This document shows positions 1 to 7,991 of a DNA stretch of 32,000 nt, piece by piece (the first letter of the stretch is position 1; each line of letters starts with the position of its first letter). The notes beneath the pieces are model-generated. The model had not been told where the DNA came from and did not search any database. It saw only the letters and a program-made list of their open reading frames with translations. Source of the stretch: Chitinispirillaceae bacterium (lineage in GTDB: Bacteria; Fibrobacterota; Chitinivibrionia; Chitinivibrionales; Chitinispirillaceae); the NCBI GenBank assembly GCA_049521335.1, contig JBEKOX010000001.1, positions 51,719 to 83,718 on the forward strand. Direction: 5' to 3'. A program made the position numbers and the translations under genes.

Positions 1-867
1 AGTAGTATCGGCAACGATCGCCTCGAAGAAGTATTTTGACGACACGCCGACCCATCGGTAGAAGCCGCTTACATCTTCCTTTTCGTCGGCCTTGTTGAAT
101 CGAATATGTTCAACATCGGTGCCATCGCCATAGTGCGCGACTCTTTCTTCAGTTTGCGAAGAACGTCCAGGTGTCAGCAGCTCACTTTCGGCAATCCCGG
201 CCGGCCACGAAATGGTCACTTTACTGTTGTTGAGCTGACTCCCGGAGACGTTGAAACCTATCCGATAATCATCCCCGCTGAATAAAAACTGCTTTTTAAT
301 CTCAGCCCTTGTTGCGGGATCGTGCGCCATTAACGACAAAGCGAATTGATTTTTCAGAGTTACCGTAACTTTATTACCGGGTATTGCAACTTCAGGCGTA
401 AACATCGCATCGTCGTAGCAACTGTTATTGATCGTCAACCCTGCTCCACCCGGACTGTTCTTTTGAATAAGGTCAACGTAACCGCCGGCAAGTTTCGCAT
501 GGGAGAGATGGCTGCTGTTATACTCCTTCATCTGCAGCGAGATGATCCTCGCGCCACGTTCGCTGATTCCGACGATAATCTTATCGGTTTCAACCCAGAT
601 GGTGTCGCACTTGACCGTAGCGACCGCAGTTGCGGTCGCTACGGAAGATGCGGAAGGCTTTTCCTGAACCGCGGCGTTCTGAGTAGCGGAGGCCGTATTT
701 TCGGCTGGCGTTTCCCCGGGAGCGGCCGATGGCGCTTTGGAAACATAGGTGGCGGGAAGCGGCTCGTTGAGAATTTTATTATAGTAGAATTTCTGCCACG
801 TGGTGCTGGAAAAAAACGCCACGGTCGCCATAATGAGGACAATAGCAAACAAGGTATTCTTATTCAC
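1..867 (-). CDS. yidC: YidC membrane protein insertase, N-terminal 289 codons. The 3' end runs off the window at position 1.
   Basis: My reverse-complement translation from GTG at 867 is open all the way to position 1. It reads VNKNTLFAIVLIMATVAFFSS (N-terminal TM helix), then a long periplasmic-type domain ending ...FYRWVGVSSKYFFEAIVADTT, which matches the W-x-G-x-x-x-KYF signature of YidC periplasmic domains. GGAAAGG lies about 9 nt upstream of the GTG. Synteny with yidD-rnpA-rpmH supports the call. It is absent from the ORF track because no stop codon lies inside the window. Confidence 0.75.
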   Translation of the reverse strand, partial: MNKNTLFAIVLIMATVAFFSSTTWQKFYYNKILNEPLPATYVSKAPSAAPGETPAENTASATQNAAVQEKPSASSVATATAVATVKCDTIWVETDKIIVGISERGARIISLQMKEYNSSHLSHAKLAGGYVDLIQKNSPGGAGLTINNSCYDDAMFTPEVAIPGNKVTVTLKNQFALSLMAHDPATRAEIKKQFLFSGDDYRIGFNVSGSQLNNSKVTISWPAGIAESELLTPGRSSQTEERVAHYGDGTDVEHIRFNKADEKEDVSGFYRWVGVSSKYFFEAIVADTT

Positions 868-1126
868 GCAGTTCAACCTTTCCTGCGGATGGCGGCTCTA
901 AAACCGGATCAAATCCACCCCGCGAAAAGGGATGGCATTTCATGACTCTTTTTATGATACGCGGAACGGCCTTCGCGACAGGCTGGGTTTCTATTGCGTC
1001 TGCGGCATAGTCGGTGCACGATGGATAGAACCTGCAGCAGCCCTGCGGCATTTGAAAAAGAACTTTTATGCCGTTCACCGCACATCTGAAAATTCCGGCC
1101 GCTATTTTTTTAAGGTGTCGTACCAC
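860..1126 (-). CDS. yidD: Membrane protein insertion efficiency factor YidD
   Basis: The 88-aa ORF contains CRFYPSCTDYAADAI ... KCHPFSRGGFDPV, the hallmark YidD motifs. It sits between rnpA and yidC and overlaps both neighbours. Confidence 0.85.
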   Translation of the reverse strand: MVRHLKKIAAGIFRCAVNGIKVLFQMPQGCCRFYPSCTDYAADAIETQPVAKAVPRIIKRVMKCHPFSRGGFDPVLEPPSAGKVELRE

Positions 1127-1497
1127 AGCGTAAGAACCCCTTTGAGCGTATCAGCGTTCACCAACCCGGCAAGGGTGTTGAGTTTGAAAAGAATATCGAG
1201 ATGCAATCCATCGCACGGTCCTTTTCTCAAAAGCTCCCGCATGACCCGCCTTGTTTTATTGCGGTAAACGGCGGAACCGATGGCTGCCGGCGTTATGAAC
1301 GCATACCGGCTTCGGTTCAGCCCGTTGCTACAATAGAAAATGGTAAAATACCGGCAGGCATATCGTTGTCCGTCATGCAGTAACGAACCGATTTCCCGGC
1401 TTCTCTTGATTTTAAGGCTTTTCCCAAAGCGATGCACCCTGTGTTTCCGCGAAGGCTCTCGATTGATCCTTTCACCACAGGCAGCACGATTATTCAT
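1102..1497 (-). CDS. rnpA: Ribonuclease P protein component
   Basis: A basic 131-aa ORF with [13 protein letters not shown] ... [28 protein letters not shown], an RnpA-like pattern. It lies immediately downstream of rpmH, and its ATG (1495-1497) overlaps the rpmH 3' end. The exact start is uncertain. Confidence 0.75.
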   Translation of the reverse strand: MNNRAACGERINREPSRKHRVHRFGKSLKIKRSREIGSLLHDGQRYACRYFTIFYCSNGLNRSRYAFITPAAIGSAVYRNKTRRVMRELLRKGPCDGLHLDILFKLNTLAGLVNADTLKGVLTLWYDTLKK

Positions 1498-1633
1498 CTG
1501 ACACGGTAAGCTTTACTCGTCCTTTTCTCCGGCGCGCAGAAAGGACTTTTCTTCCCCCTTTGGTAGACATTCTTTTCCTGAACCCATGGGTGTTGGTTCT
1601 CTTGCGCTTTGATGGCTGATAGGTTCTTTTCAT
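1490..1633 (-). CDS. rpmH: 50S ribosomal protein L34
   Basis: Not in the ORF track because it is under 60 aa. My reverse-complement translation gives [47 protein letters not shown] plus stop, a canonical L34 sequence. It occupies the classical position divergent from dnaA. Confidence 0.9.
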   Translation of the reverse strand: MKRTYQPSKRKRTNTHGFRKRMSTKGGRKVLSARRRKGRVKLTVSDE

Positions 1634-1850
1634 AGCATGTTCTCCGATAAAAAACCGTTGATGATGATATATGCCTTACGCAGTTGTAATTTTCAGAATT
1701 ATTTTATTGTAACCGGCATCCGGCTCTATAAAATACCAATCGCCCGGACTCCGCTGCTATCTCTTACCAACAACCGGCGGTTGGCGGACACGATAATACC
1801 TCCTCTCCACCGATTTCCGTCAGATACTATTTTTACTCCTACCCTCAATT

Positions 1851-3173
1851 ATGAATCACTCCCTCTTATGGCAAAATGTTCTCGAGCATCTCTCCCGCTC
1901 TATCGATGCCTATCGATTTGAAACACTATTCCGTCCTCTCTCAGTAACTGAAAACACCGATTATCCAGTTCTTTCGCTCACGTCGCCGAATAAATATATC
2001 GCTGAACATCTTGAAAAACACTATAAGAAAAGTCTTCTGCTTTCGGCCAGGACATTTTCACCCGATATCAGAGATATTCATATCGTTTTTGATTCCCGGG
2101 ATGACTTATCCGCCAGTAAGCCCGACAATAGTTCATCTTCTTCGGCGCCGTTTCTCCGGCTTAATCGTCGGTATACCATGGATAGTTTCGTGGTCGGTTC
2201 CAACAATCAGTTTGCCCAGTCCGCCGCCTCGGCTGTCGCCGTAGCGCCCGGCAAGACTAAATTCAACCCTCTATTGATCTACGGCTCCGTCGGCCTCGGA
2301 AAAACCCATCTTTTGCAGGCCATCGGTAATCATGCTCTTTTAAATAACCCCCGCTGCTCCGTCATTTACAGCACCGCCGAAGAGTTCTATCTGTCCTTTA
2401 TCGATACGATCAAGACCAACAACACAAAAAAATTCTCCACCTATTTTAAAAATGCGGATATCTTACTTGTCGACGATGTCCAGTTTTTTTCCGGTAAAGA
2501 AAGTTCTCAGGAAGAGTTCTTTCATATTTTCAATAATCTCCACAAAAACGGAAAGCAGATAGCGCTCACTTCGGACATTCCTCCCCATGAAATCGCGGGA
2601 CTTCAGGATCGCCTGATCTCGCGTTTTCAATGGGGGCTTTGCGTCGACATCCAGCCTCCGAATTTTGAAACCCGCGTAGCAATTTTGAAGAAAAAAGCCG
2701 AGGAGGATAATCTTAATATCGGCGAGAATATACTTTGTTTTATAGCGGAACAGGTACCTTCGAATGTGCGTGACCTCGAAGGCGTCATTATAAAACTCCT
2801 GGCTTACGCCTCAATTACAAAATCCGATATAACCATAGATTTTGTCCGCAGTGTCTTGAAAGACACTGATATAAACCATAAGATGAATATTTCTCTCGAT
2901 GAAATAATCGAAAAGGTCGGTCAATATTATAAAATTCCCGTGAACAAGATCAGGGAAAAAGATCGCAGAAAAGAGGTAGCGCTCTGCCGACAGGTAGGCA
3001 TGTATGTTTCAAAGTCCATTACAAAATACTCCCTGAAAACCATCGGGTTGCATTTTGGCGGGAGAGATCATAGTACGGTAATCCACGCTATTAAGAATGT
3101 TGAAAACCTTAAAAAAAACGATGAATTGCTGATGCATGACATAGAGTACATCATTAATTCCCTCAAAACGTGA
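1851..3173 (+). CDS. dnaA: Chromosomal replication initiator DnaA
   Basis: A 440-aa ORF with AAA+ Walker A (GSVGLGKTHLL), Walker B (LLVDDVQFF), sensor (SNVRDLEG) and the C-terminal DNA-binding helix region (GGRDHSTVIHA). Confidence 0.95.
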   Translation: MNHSLLWQNVLEHLSRSIDAYRFETLFRPLSVTENTDYPVLSLTSPNKYIAEHLEKHYKKSLLLSARTFSPDIRDIHIVFDSRDDLSASKPDNSSSSSAPFLRLNRRYTMDSFVVGSNNQFAQSAASAVAVAPGKTKFNPLLIYGSVGLGKTHLLQAIGNHALLNNPRCSVIYSTAEEFYLSFIDTIKTNNTKKFSTYFKNADILLVDDVQFFSGKESSQEEFFHIFNNLHKNGKQIALTSDIPPHEIAGLQDRLISRFQWGLCVDIQPPNFETRVAILKKKAEEDNLNIGENILCFIAEQVPSNVRDLEGVIIKLLAYASITKSDITIDFVRSVLKDTDINHKMNISLDEIIEKVGQYYKIPVNKIREKDRRKEVALCRQVGMYVSKSITKYSLKTIGLHFGGRDHSTVIHAIKNVENLKKNDELLMHDIEYIINSLKT

Positions 3174-3260
3174 GATTACCAATACCTTCTTAATGGATAA
3201 TCAACATTACACTATAGTTTTATGATCTTGATTTTCATATTGTTACGTTTCTTTTCCCAG

Positions 3261-3269
3261 TTATGCACA
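3261..3269 (+). promoter_or_regulatory. DnaA box (TTATGCACA, fits TTATNCACA)
   Basis: Direct read of the sequence at 3261-3269. Confidence 0.55.
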
Positions 3270-3321
3270 CATCTACTATCTTTTACTTGTTTTCTTAAGG
3301 AGTGATTTTAAAAAATAGGCG

Positions 3322-3330
3322 TGTGGATAA
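3322..3330 (-). promoter_or_regulatory. DnaA box (perfect TTATCCACA on the minus strand)
   Basis: The plus strand reads tgtggataa at 3322-3330. Confidence 0.6.
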
Positions 3331-3479
3331 CTATTGGTTTCTCAATGTTTATTTAGTGAGAGTATATTATTTTCGATACAGTTCATTTCGTATGCGGGCG
3401 ATAACTATATTTTTACCTTTTATTGGTTTCATCGGCACCCTGGCTTACTACTAAAAAGAACACGATCGGAGCTGCTCTT

Positions 3480-4616
3480 ATGGCCTTTTCAATTTCCAAT
3501 CAATCTTTTTATGATATCCTGCAAAAAGTGTACCCTATTATTCCCCTCAAAAGCTCACTTCAGATATTATCTAATTTCAAAATTTCCTATCAGAACGAGC
3601 AGCTTGAGATTACCGCTACCGATCTCGATCAATCGATAAGGATTATTACCAACGTGTCCGGGGATACCGAGCCGTTCGATGTTACCGCGAACGCCCGAAG
3701 GGTCTTCGAAATTGTGCGGGAACTTCCCGACGGGCAGGTCACTGTCTCCGTTGAGGATAACGTCATCAATTTTGGAACCGAAAGAAATTTCAAGTGCAAA
3801 ATTGCGGGCGCGGATACCGGAGATTTCCCGGGATTTCCCGAAATAAACGGAGGAACGACGTTTGAAATAAACTCCGCTTTGTTAAAAACAATGATACCGA
3901 AGAGTTCCTTTGCCGCGGCGAAGGACGAATCGAGAGCATGCCTTGCGGGTATTCTCTGGGAGAATCATCCCTCGAAAACCGGCATGATCGCCACCGACGG
4001 TCACCGCTTGGGCAGCTGTTTCATCAATGGAGCGTTTCCCGTAAAGGAAAAATTCAGCAGCATCGTGTCGCCCAAGAGCCTGAATCACCTGGTTCGTATC
4101 ATCGGTGAGAAAAACAGTGAAAATATCCGGGTAACCGTCAACGAAAAGTATATGATTTTCTCGGCAGGATCATTCGTGCTGTGCACGAAGCTGATCGACG
4201 GCCCCTATCCTGACTACAACAAGGTTATTCCGACCAACAACCCGAAGGAGGCGATCATAGACCGCGCATCGCTCTTGAACGCCATCCGGCGCGCCATGGT
4301 CCTCTCCAACCAGAAAACACACCTTGTAAAGTTCAGTTTCGCCGAAAATACGCTGGAAGTGGCTGTCGTTAATAAGGAAATAGGCGGCGAGGCCAAGGAG
4401 AAAATACCCATAGAGTACCACGGGGACCCCCATCAGATCGGATTCAACGCGCAGTACTTTAATGAAATTATAGACATCGCTAAGACGCCGAAAATTAAAT
4501 TACAGATGAATACCCAGATCAGCGCGTGTTTGATCTTTCCGGTTTATGAGAAGGAGAAGGAGAAACCAAGCGATGACCTTTTTCTGCTCATGCCGTTACG
4601 AATAATGGAGATGTAA
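3480..4616 (+). CDS. dnaN: DNA polymerase III beta sliding clamp
   Basis: The ORF-track frame 3423..4616 begins at a TTG. The in-frame ATG at 3480 gives MAFSISNQSFYDILQKV..., a typical beta-clamp N-terminus. Internal matches include LEITATDLDQSI, ATDGHRL, KLIDGPYPDYNKVIP and the ending LLMPLRI. It lies directly after dnaA. Confidence 0.9.
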   Translation: MAFSISNQSFYDILQKVYPIIPLKSSLQILSNFKISYQNEQLEITATDLDQSIRIITNVSGDTEPFDVTANARRVFEIVRELPDGQVTVSVEDNVINFGTERNFKCKIAGADTGDFPGFPEINGGTTFEINSALLKTMIPKSSFAAAKDESRACLAGILWENHPSKTGMIATDGHRLGSCFINGAFPVKEKFSSIVSPKSLNHLVRIIGEKNSENIRVTVNEKYMIFSAGSFVLCTKLIDGPYPDYNKVIPTNNPKEAIIDRASLLNAIRRAMVLSNQKTHLVKFSFAENTLEVAVVNKEIGGEAKEKIPIEYHGDPHQIGFNAQYFNEIIDIAKTPKIKLQMNTQISACLIFPVYEKEKEKPSDDLFLLMPLRIMEM

Positions 4617-4621
4617 TCGAG

Positions 4622-4724
4622 AAAACCACTCTGGTGGAGTAGCCTCTTCGAAAAACCCTCAACGCCCCTCTTTATCCGTGGGGCTCCCCCTTCTTCGAAG
4701 ATGTGCCCTCCAGGGTGGTTTTTT
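4622..4724 (+). terminator. Extended three-tier hairpin ending in a T-run; probable dnaN terminator
   Basis: The outer 13-bp stem pairs aaaaccactctgg (4622-4634) with ccagggtggtttt (4710-4722). Inner stems pair cttcgaa/ttcgaag (4646-4652 with 4694-4700) and gcccc/ggggc (4664-4668 with 4680-4684). tttttt follows. The left A-tract and right T-tract make it look bidirectional. Confidence 0.5.
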
Positions 4725-4974
4725 GTTTCCCCGCCTGTATACCCATTTTGTCAAGTAAAACCGGCCTTTTCGCGTCCGCGGCAAATTGTACATGACTTAA
4801 CATAAACCGGGAATTTTATCCACGAAACGCGGTAAAAAAACGTTTAAAAGACCTTTAAAGGGCGGTTGAGGAACCTTTAAAACGGCGTGACCGCCCGCCG
4901 GCAGGTCCGTGGTTCACCCGGAAGCTGCACGGAGATCTCCGCCAGCGAGCTGGATAATTACCAGTTCTTATACG

Positions 4975-5850
4975 ATGTATTTTGATTCCATGCAGAAAAT
5001 CCTTCTCGCCTTCCAGCGCAACGAAATCACCGAGCACTTCGTGTATCGCGCCTATGCGCGCCGGGCGAAAGAAAAGAACCGCGAAATCCTTGAGCGCATC
5101 GCCGCGGACGAGCTCGGGCACTATCATCAATTTTTCAAATACACCAATCAGGAGGTCCGCCCCGACTGGCTGAAGACCCGCTTCTACCGGCTCTGCGCCC
5201 GGCTCTTCGGGTTGACGTTTGGGATGAAGGTCATGGAAAACGGGGAAAAACGCGCGGAAAAAGCATACAGCCACTTCGGCGATACCATGCCCGAGATCGC
5301 GCAGATTATCAGGGATGAGGCTGCGCACGAGCGGTTGCTCATCGGGCTTATCACCGAAGAGCGACTCTCCTACATGGGCACGATGGTGCTGGCGCTCAAC
5401 AACTCCATTCAGGAATTCTCCGGCATCGCCGTGGGGTTGACATTTGCCATGGGCAACGCCGGGCTTATCGGATCAACCATACTGATCAGCGGCATCGCGG
5501 CCACGCTGGCCATATCGGCCTCCGAGTATCTGTCGCAAAAGGCCGAGAAAGGGGATGCCCATGCCGCGGGCCGGAGCCCCCTCACAGCGATCGCCTGGGC
5601 CGGCGGAATTTACCTGGGCGTCGTGCTCGTTATCGCGCTGCCTTATTTACTCCTTATCAATTGCTACGCGGCGCTCGCGCTCGGAGCGGCGGCAGTCCTC
5701 ACGATCATCGTTGTCTTCACTTTTTACATGGCCGTGGTCAGGGACTTGCGCTACCGCGCCGTGCTGCTCGAAACCCTCGCGGTATTCGTCCTGGTCGTCG
5801 TTCTATCGTCCCTCATCGGCCTCGGCGCGAAACGATTGTTTCACACCTGA
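4975..5850 (+). CDS. Ferritin-like (rubrerythrin/CCC1 N-terminal) domain fused to a VIT1/CCC1-family Fe/Mn transporter
   Basis: The N-terminal half carries di-iron-type E..ExxH motifs (EITEHF, ADELGHY, RDEAAHERL). The C-terminal half has several hydrophobic helices typical of VIT1 (GIAVGLTFAMGNAGLIG, ISGIAATLAISASEYLS). Start chosen at ATG 4975 (MYFDSMQKIL); ATG 4990 is also possible. Confidence 0.7.
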   Translation: MYFDSMQKILLAFQRNEITEHFVYRAYARRAKEKNREILERIAADELGHYHQFFKYTNQEVRPDWLKTRFYRLCARLFGLTFGMKVMENGEKRAEKAYSHFGDTMPEIAQIIRDEAAHERLLIGLITEERLSYMGTMVLALNNSIQEFSGIAVGLTFAMGNAGLIGSTILISGIAATLAISASEYLSQKAEKGDAHAAGRSPLTAIAWAGGIYLGVVLVIALPYLLLINCYAALALGAAAVLTIIVVFTFYMAVVRDLRYRAVLLETLAVFVLVVVLSSLIGLGAKRLFHT

Positions 5851-5981
5851 TAAAGTGCATTGGCTCTTCGTTGAAAACGTTCTTGATTTTTTATGCTTCT
5901 TGATTTCTGAAGGTTCCGTCTCTTTTTGATCGGGACCAGGGGGGATATTTATATTAAAACCCTGACCACCTTTCATTTTTT

Positions 5982-7991
5982 ATGAAACCCCGCCACGAAC
6001 CGAAGGGCCCGCGCATGACCGAAATCCTCTGGGAAGGCAAATACAAAGACGGCAGGAAAACCGCGCCCGTGCGCATCGCGCTCCCGTTCCAGACCGTCGA
6101 GACGGTCAACGAGAGCGTCCAGGAGCGCCAGACCGCGCTCGACCTCTTCTCAGCCGGGAAAGATACGGAGTGGCGCAACCGACTCATCTGGGGCGATAAG
6201 AAATACGTGTTGCCGTCGCTTTTGCCCGAATTCGCGGGAAAGGTGAACCTCATCTATATCGACCCCCCGTTCGATACCGGGGCGAATTTCTCGTTCACGG
6301 CGACGATACCGGACGATCCGGAAAACGAAGACAATGAAGAAACAAGCTTTGTGAAGGAACCGAGCATTATTGAACAGAAGGCGTATAGGGATACGTGGGG
6401 GAAAGGAATTGATAGTTATCTTCATTGGTTCTATGAGGCTGTGCTACATTTGGATTCACTACTTTCTGAAAACGGCAGTATTTACGTGCATCTTGACTGG
6501 CATGTTAGTCATTATGCAAAAGCTGTGCTTGATGAAGTTTTTGGTGCAGATAAATTTGTTAATGAAATTGTATGGAAACGCTCTGATGCGAAGGGAGATT
6601 CAACGCAGGGAAGCAAGCATTATTCGCGTGTTCATGATGTAATTCTTTTTTATGCAAAATCAAAATCGGCAACTTGGAACCCCTTATTTGTTCCGTTGAG
6701 TCAAGAATATATAAAGAATTTTTATAAATATAAAGATCCTGATGGCCGCGCTTGGAAAATGGAGAATATGCTCGGCCCAGGTGGTGCGGCTAAAGGCAAT
6801 CCAGTGTATGAGGTTATGGGTGTTACTCGATCTTGGCGTTATTCAAAGCAAAGAATGCAAGATTTAATCAAAGCAGGCCGCGTAGTTCAGACAAAGCCTG
6901 GCAATGTGCCAATGGAAAAACGCTATTTGGAAGATACTAAAGGCGTTCAAGTAGGTACGTGGTGGGATGACATAAGCATGGTTAGAGGGTGGTCAGCAGA
7001 GAAAACTACTTACGCAACCCAAAAGCCAGAAGCATTATTGGAACGAATTCTAAAAGCCTCCTCCAATGAATCTGATCTTGTTCTCGATTGTTTCTGCGGT
7101 TCCGGCACCACTGCCGCCGTTGCCGAAAAGCTCAATCGCCGCTGGATCACCTGCGACCTTGGCCGCTTCGCCATTCACACCACGCGCAAACGCCTCCTTC
7201 AGATACCGAACGTCAAGCCCTTCATCGTCCAGAACCTTGGCAAGTACGAGCGTCAACAGTGGATCGCCGCCGAGTTTCACCAGCCGCAAAGCCGTCTCGA
7301 TCAGGAGAAGGCGTATCGGAACTTCATTCTTGATCTCTACCAGGCCCGCCCGGTAAGCGGTCATGTCTGGCTTCATGGCGCGAAGGCGGGCCGCATGGTC
7401 CATGTCGGCGCGGTCGATTCTCCCGTCAGCCTTGGCGATATCAAGGCGATCATTCAGGAGTTCTGGAAATCGGTCGGCAAGAGCAAAGAGATAAACCGGA
7501 GCGGGGTCGATGTCTTAGGGTGGGATTTCGCCTTTGAGATCAACGAGACGGCGCGTCAATACGCGGCGTCGAACAAGCTTGATCTTAAATTCAAGAAGAT
7601 TCCTCATGAAGTGCTCGAAAAGAAAGCCGTCGAGCAGGGCGATATTAAATTCTTCGAAATGGCTTCGCTTGAGGTAAAAACGAAAAAGTCAAAGAGGGAT
7701 TTGAGCGTCACCCTCGAAAATTTCATCGTTCCGCCTGACGACGTGCCCGAAGAGGTGCAGAAGAATATTTCCCATTGGAGCCAGTGGATCGACTATTGGG
7801 CGATAGATTGGGATTATAAAAACGACGCATTCCATAACCAGTGGCAGAGCTACCGCTCCCGCAAGGAACCGAAAATCGAACTCTCCGCCGTCTATACGTA
7901 TGAAAAAGCCGGCAGCTACTCCGTGCTTGTCAAAGTAATCGATATTCTCGGCAACGATACCACGAAATTATTATCCGTGGAGGTCGGCTGA
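5982..7991 (+). CDS. mod: Type III restriction-modification methyltransferase (Mod, beta-class N6-adenine/N4-cytosine MTase)
   Basis: The catalytic motif IV IYIDPPF (DPPF at 6261-6272) comes before the AdoMet motif I DCFCGSGTTAAVA (about 7086-7125). This circular permutation is typical of beta-class and Type III Mod enzymes. NRLIWGD and TQKPEALLERIL motifs are present. The stop overlaps the res ATG (TGATG at 7989-7993). An alternative start is ATG 6015 (MTEILWEGKY). Confidence 0.85.
   Translation: MKPRHEPKGPRMTEILWEGKYKDGRKTAPVRIALPFQTVETVNESVQERQTALDLFSAGKDTEWRNRLIWGDKKYVLPSLLPEFAGKVNLIYIDPPFDTGANFSFTATIPDDPENEDNEETSFVKEPSIIEQKAYRDTWGKGIDSYLHWFYEAVLHLDSLLSENGSIYVHLDWHVSHYAKAVLDEVFGADKFVNEIVWKRSDAKGDSTQGSKHYSRVHDVILFYAKSKSATWNPLFVPLSQEYIKNFYKYKDPDGRAWKMENMLGPGGAAKGNPVYEVMGVTRSWRYSKQRMQDLIKAGRVVQTKPGNVPMEKRYLEDTKGVQVGTWWDDISMVRGWSAEKTTYATQKPEALLERILKASSNESDLVLDCFCGSGTTAAVAEKLNRRWITCDLGRFAIHTTRKRLLQIPNVKPFIVQNLGKYERQQWIAAEFHQPQSRLDQEKAYRNFILDLYQARPVSGHVWLHGAKAGRMVHVGAVDSPVSLGDIKAIIQEFWKSVGKSKEINRSGVDVLGWDFAFEINETARQYAASNKLDLKFKKIPHEVLEKKAVEQGDIKFFEMASLEVKTKKSKRDLSVTLENFIVPPDDVPEEVQKNISHWSQWIDYWAIDWDYKNDAFHNQWQSYRSRKEPKIELSAVYTYEKAGSYSVLVKVIDILGNDTTKLLSVEVG

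Larger units (their letters stand above)
3174..3479. other. Candidate oriC / DnaA-box cluster in the AT-rich dnaA-dnaN spacer
   Basis: A 306-bp non-coding, AT-rich spacer. It has a perfect TTATCCACA box (minus strand, 3322-3330), a TTATGCACA box (3261-3269) and a weaker ttatccatt box (reverse complement of 3192-3200). A/T tracts that could serve as an unwinding element follow, e.g. gattttaaaaaatagg and atattattttcgata. Confidence 0.55.

Noticed and set aside
346-945. A 199-aa plus-strand ORF at the left edge.
   Set aside because: It is antisense to the open yidC frame (1..867), which has a convincing TM helix plus the periplasmic-domain signature. The ORF itself has no recognisable features.
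5982-7991. Simple-sequence repeats that would make the Type III mod gene phase-variable, as in the phasevarions of some pathogens.
   Set aside because: No homopolymer or tetra/pentanucleotide tract of meaningful length is visible in or just upstream of mod.
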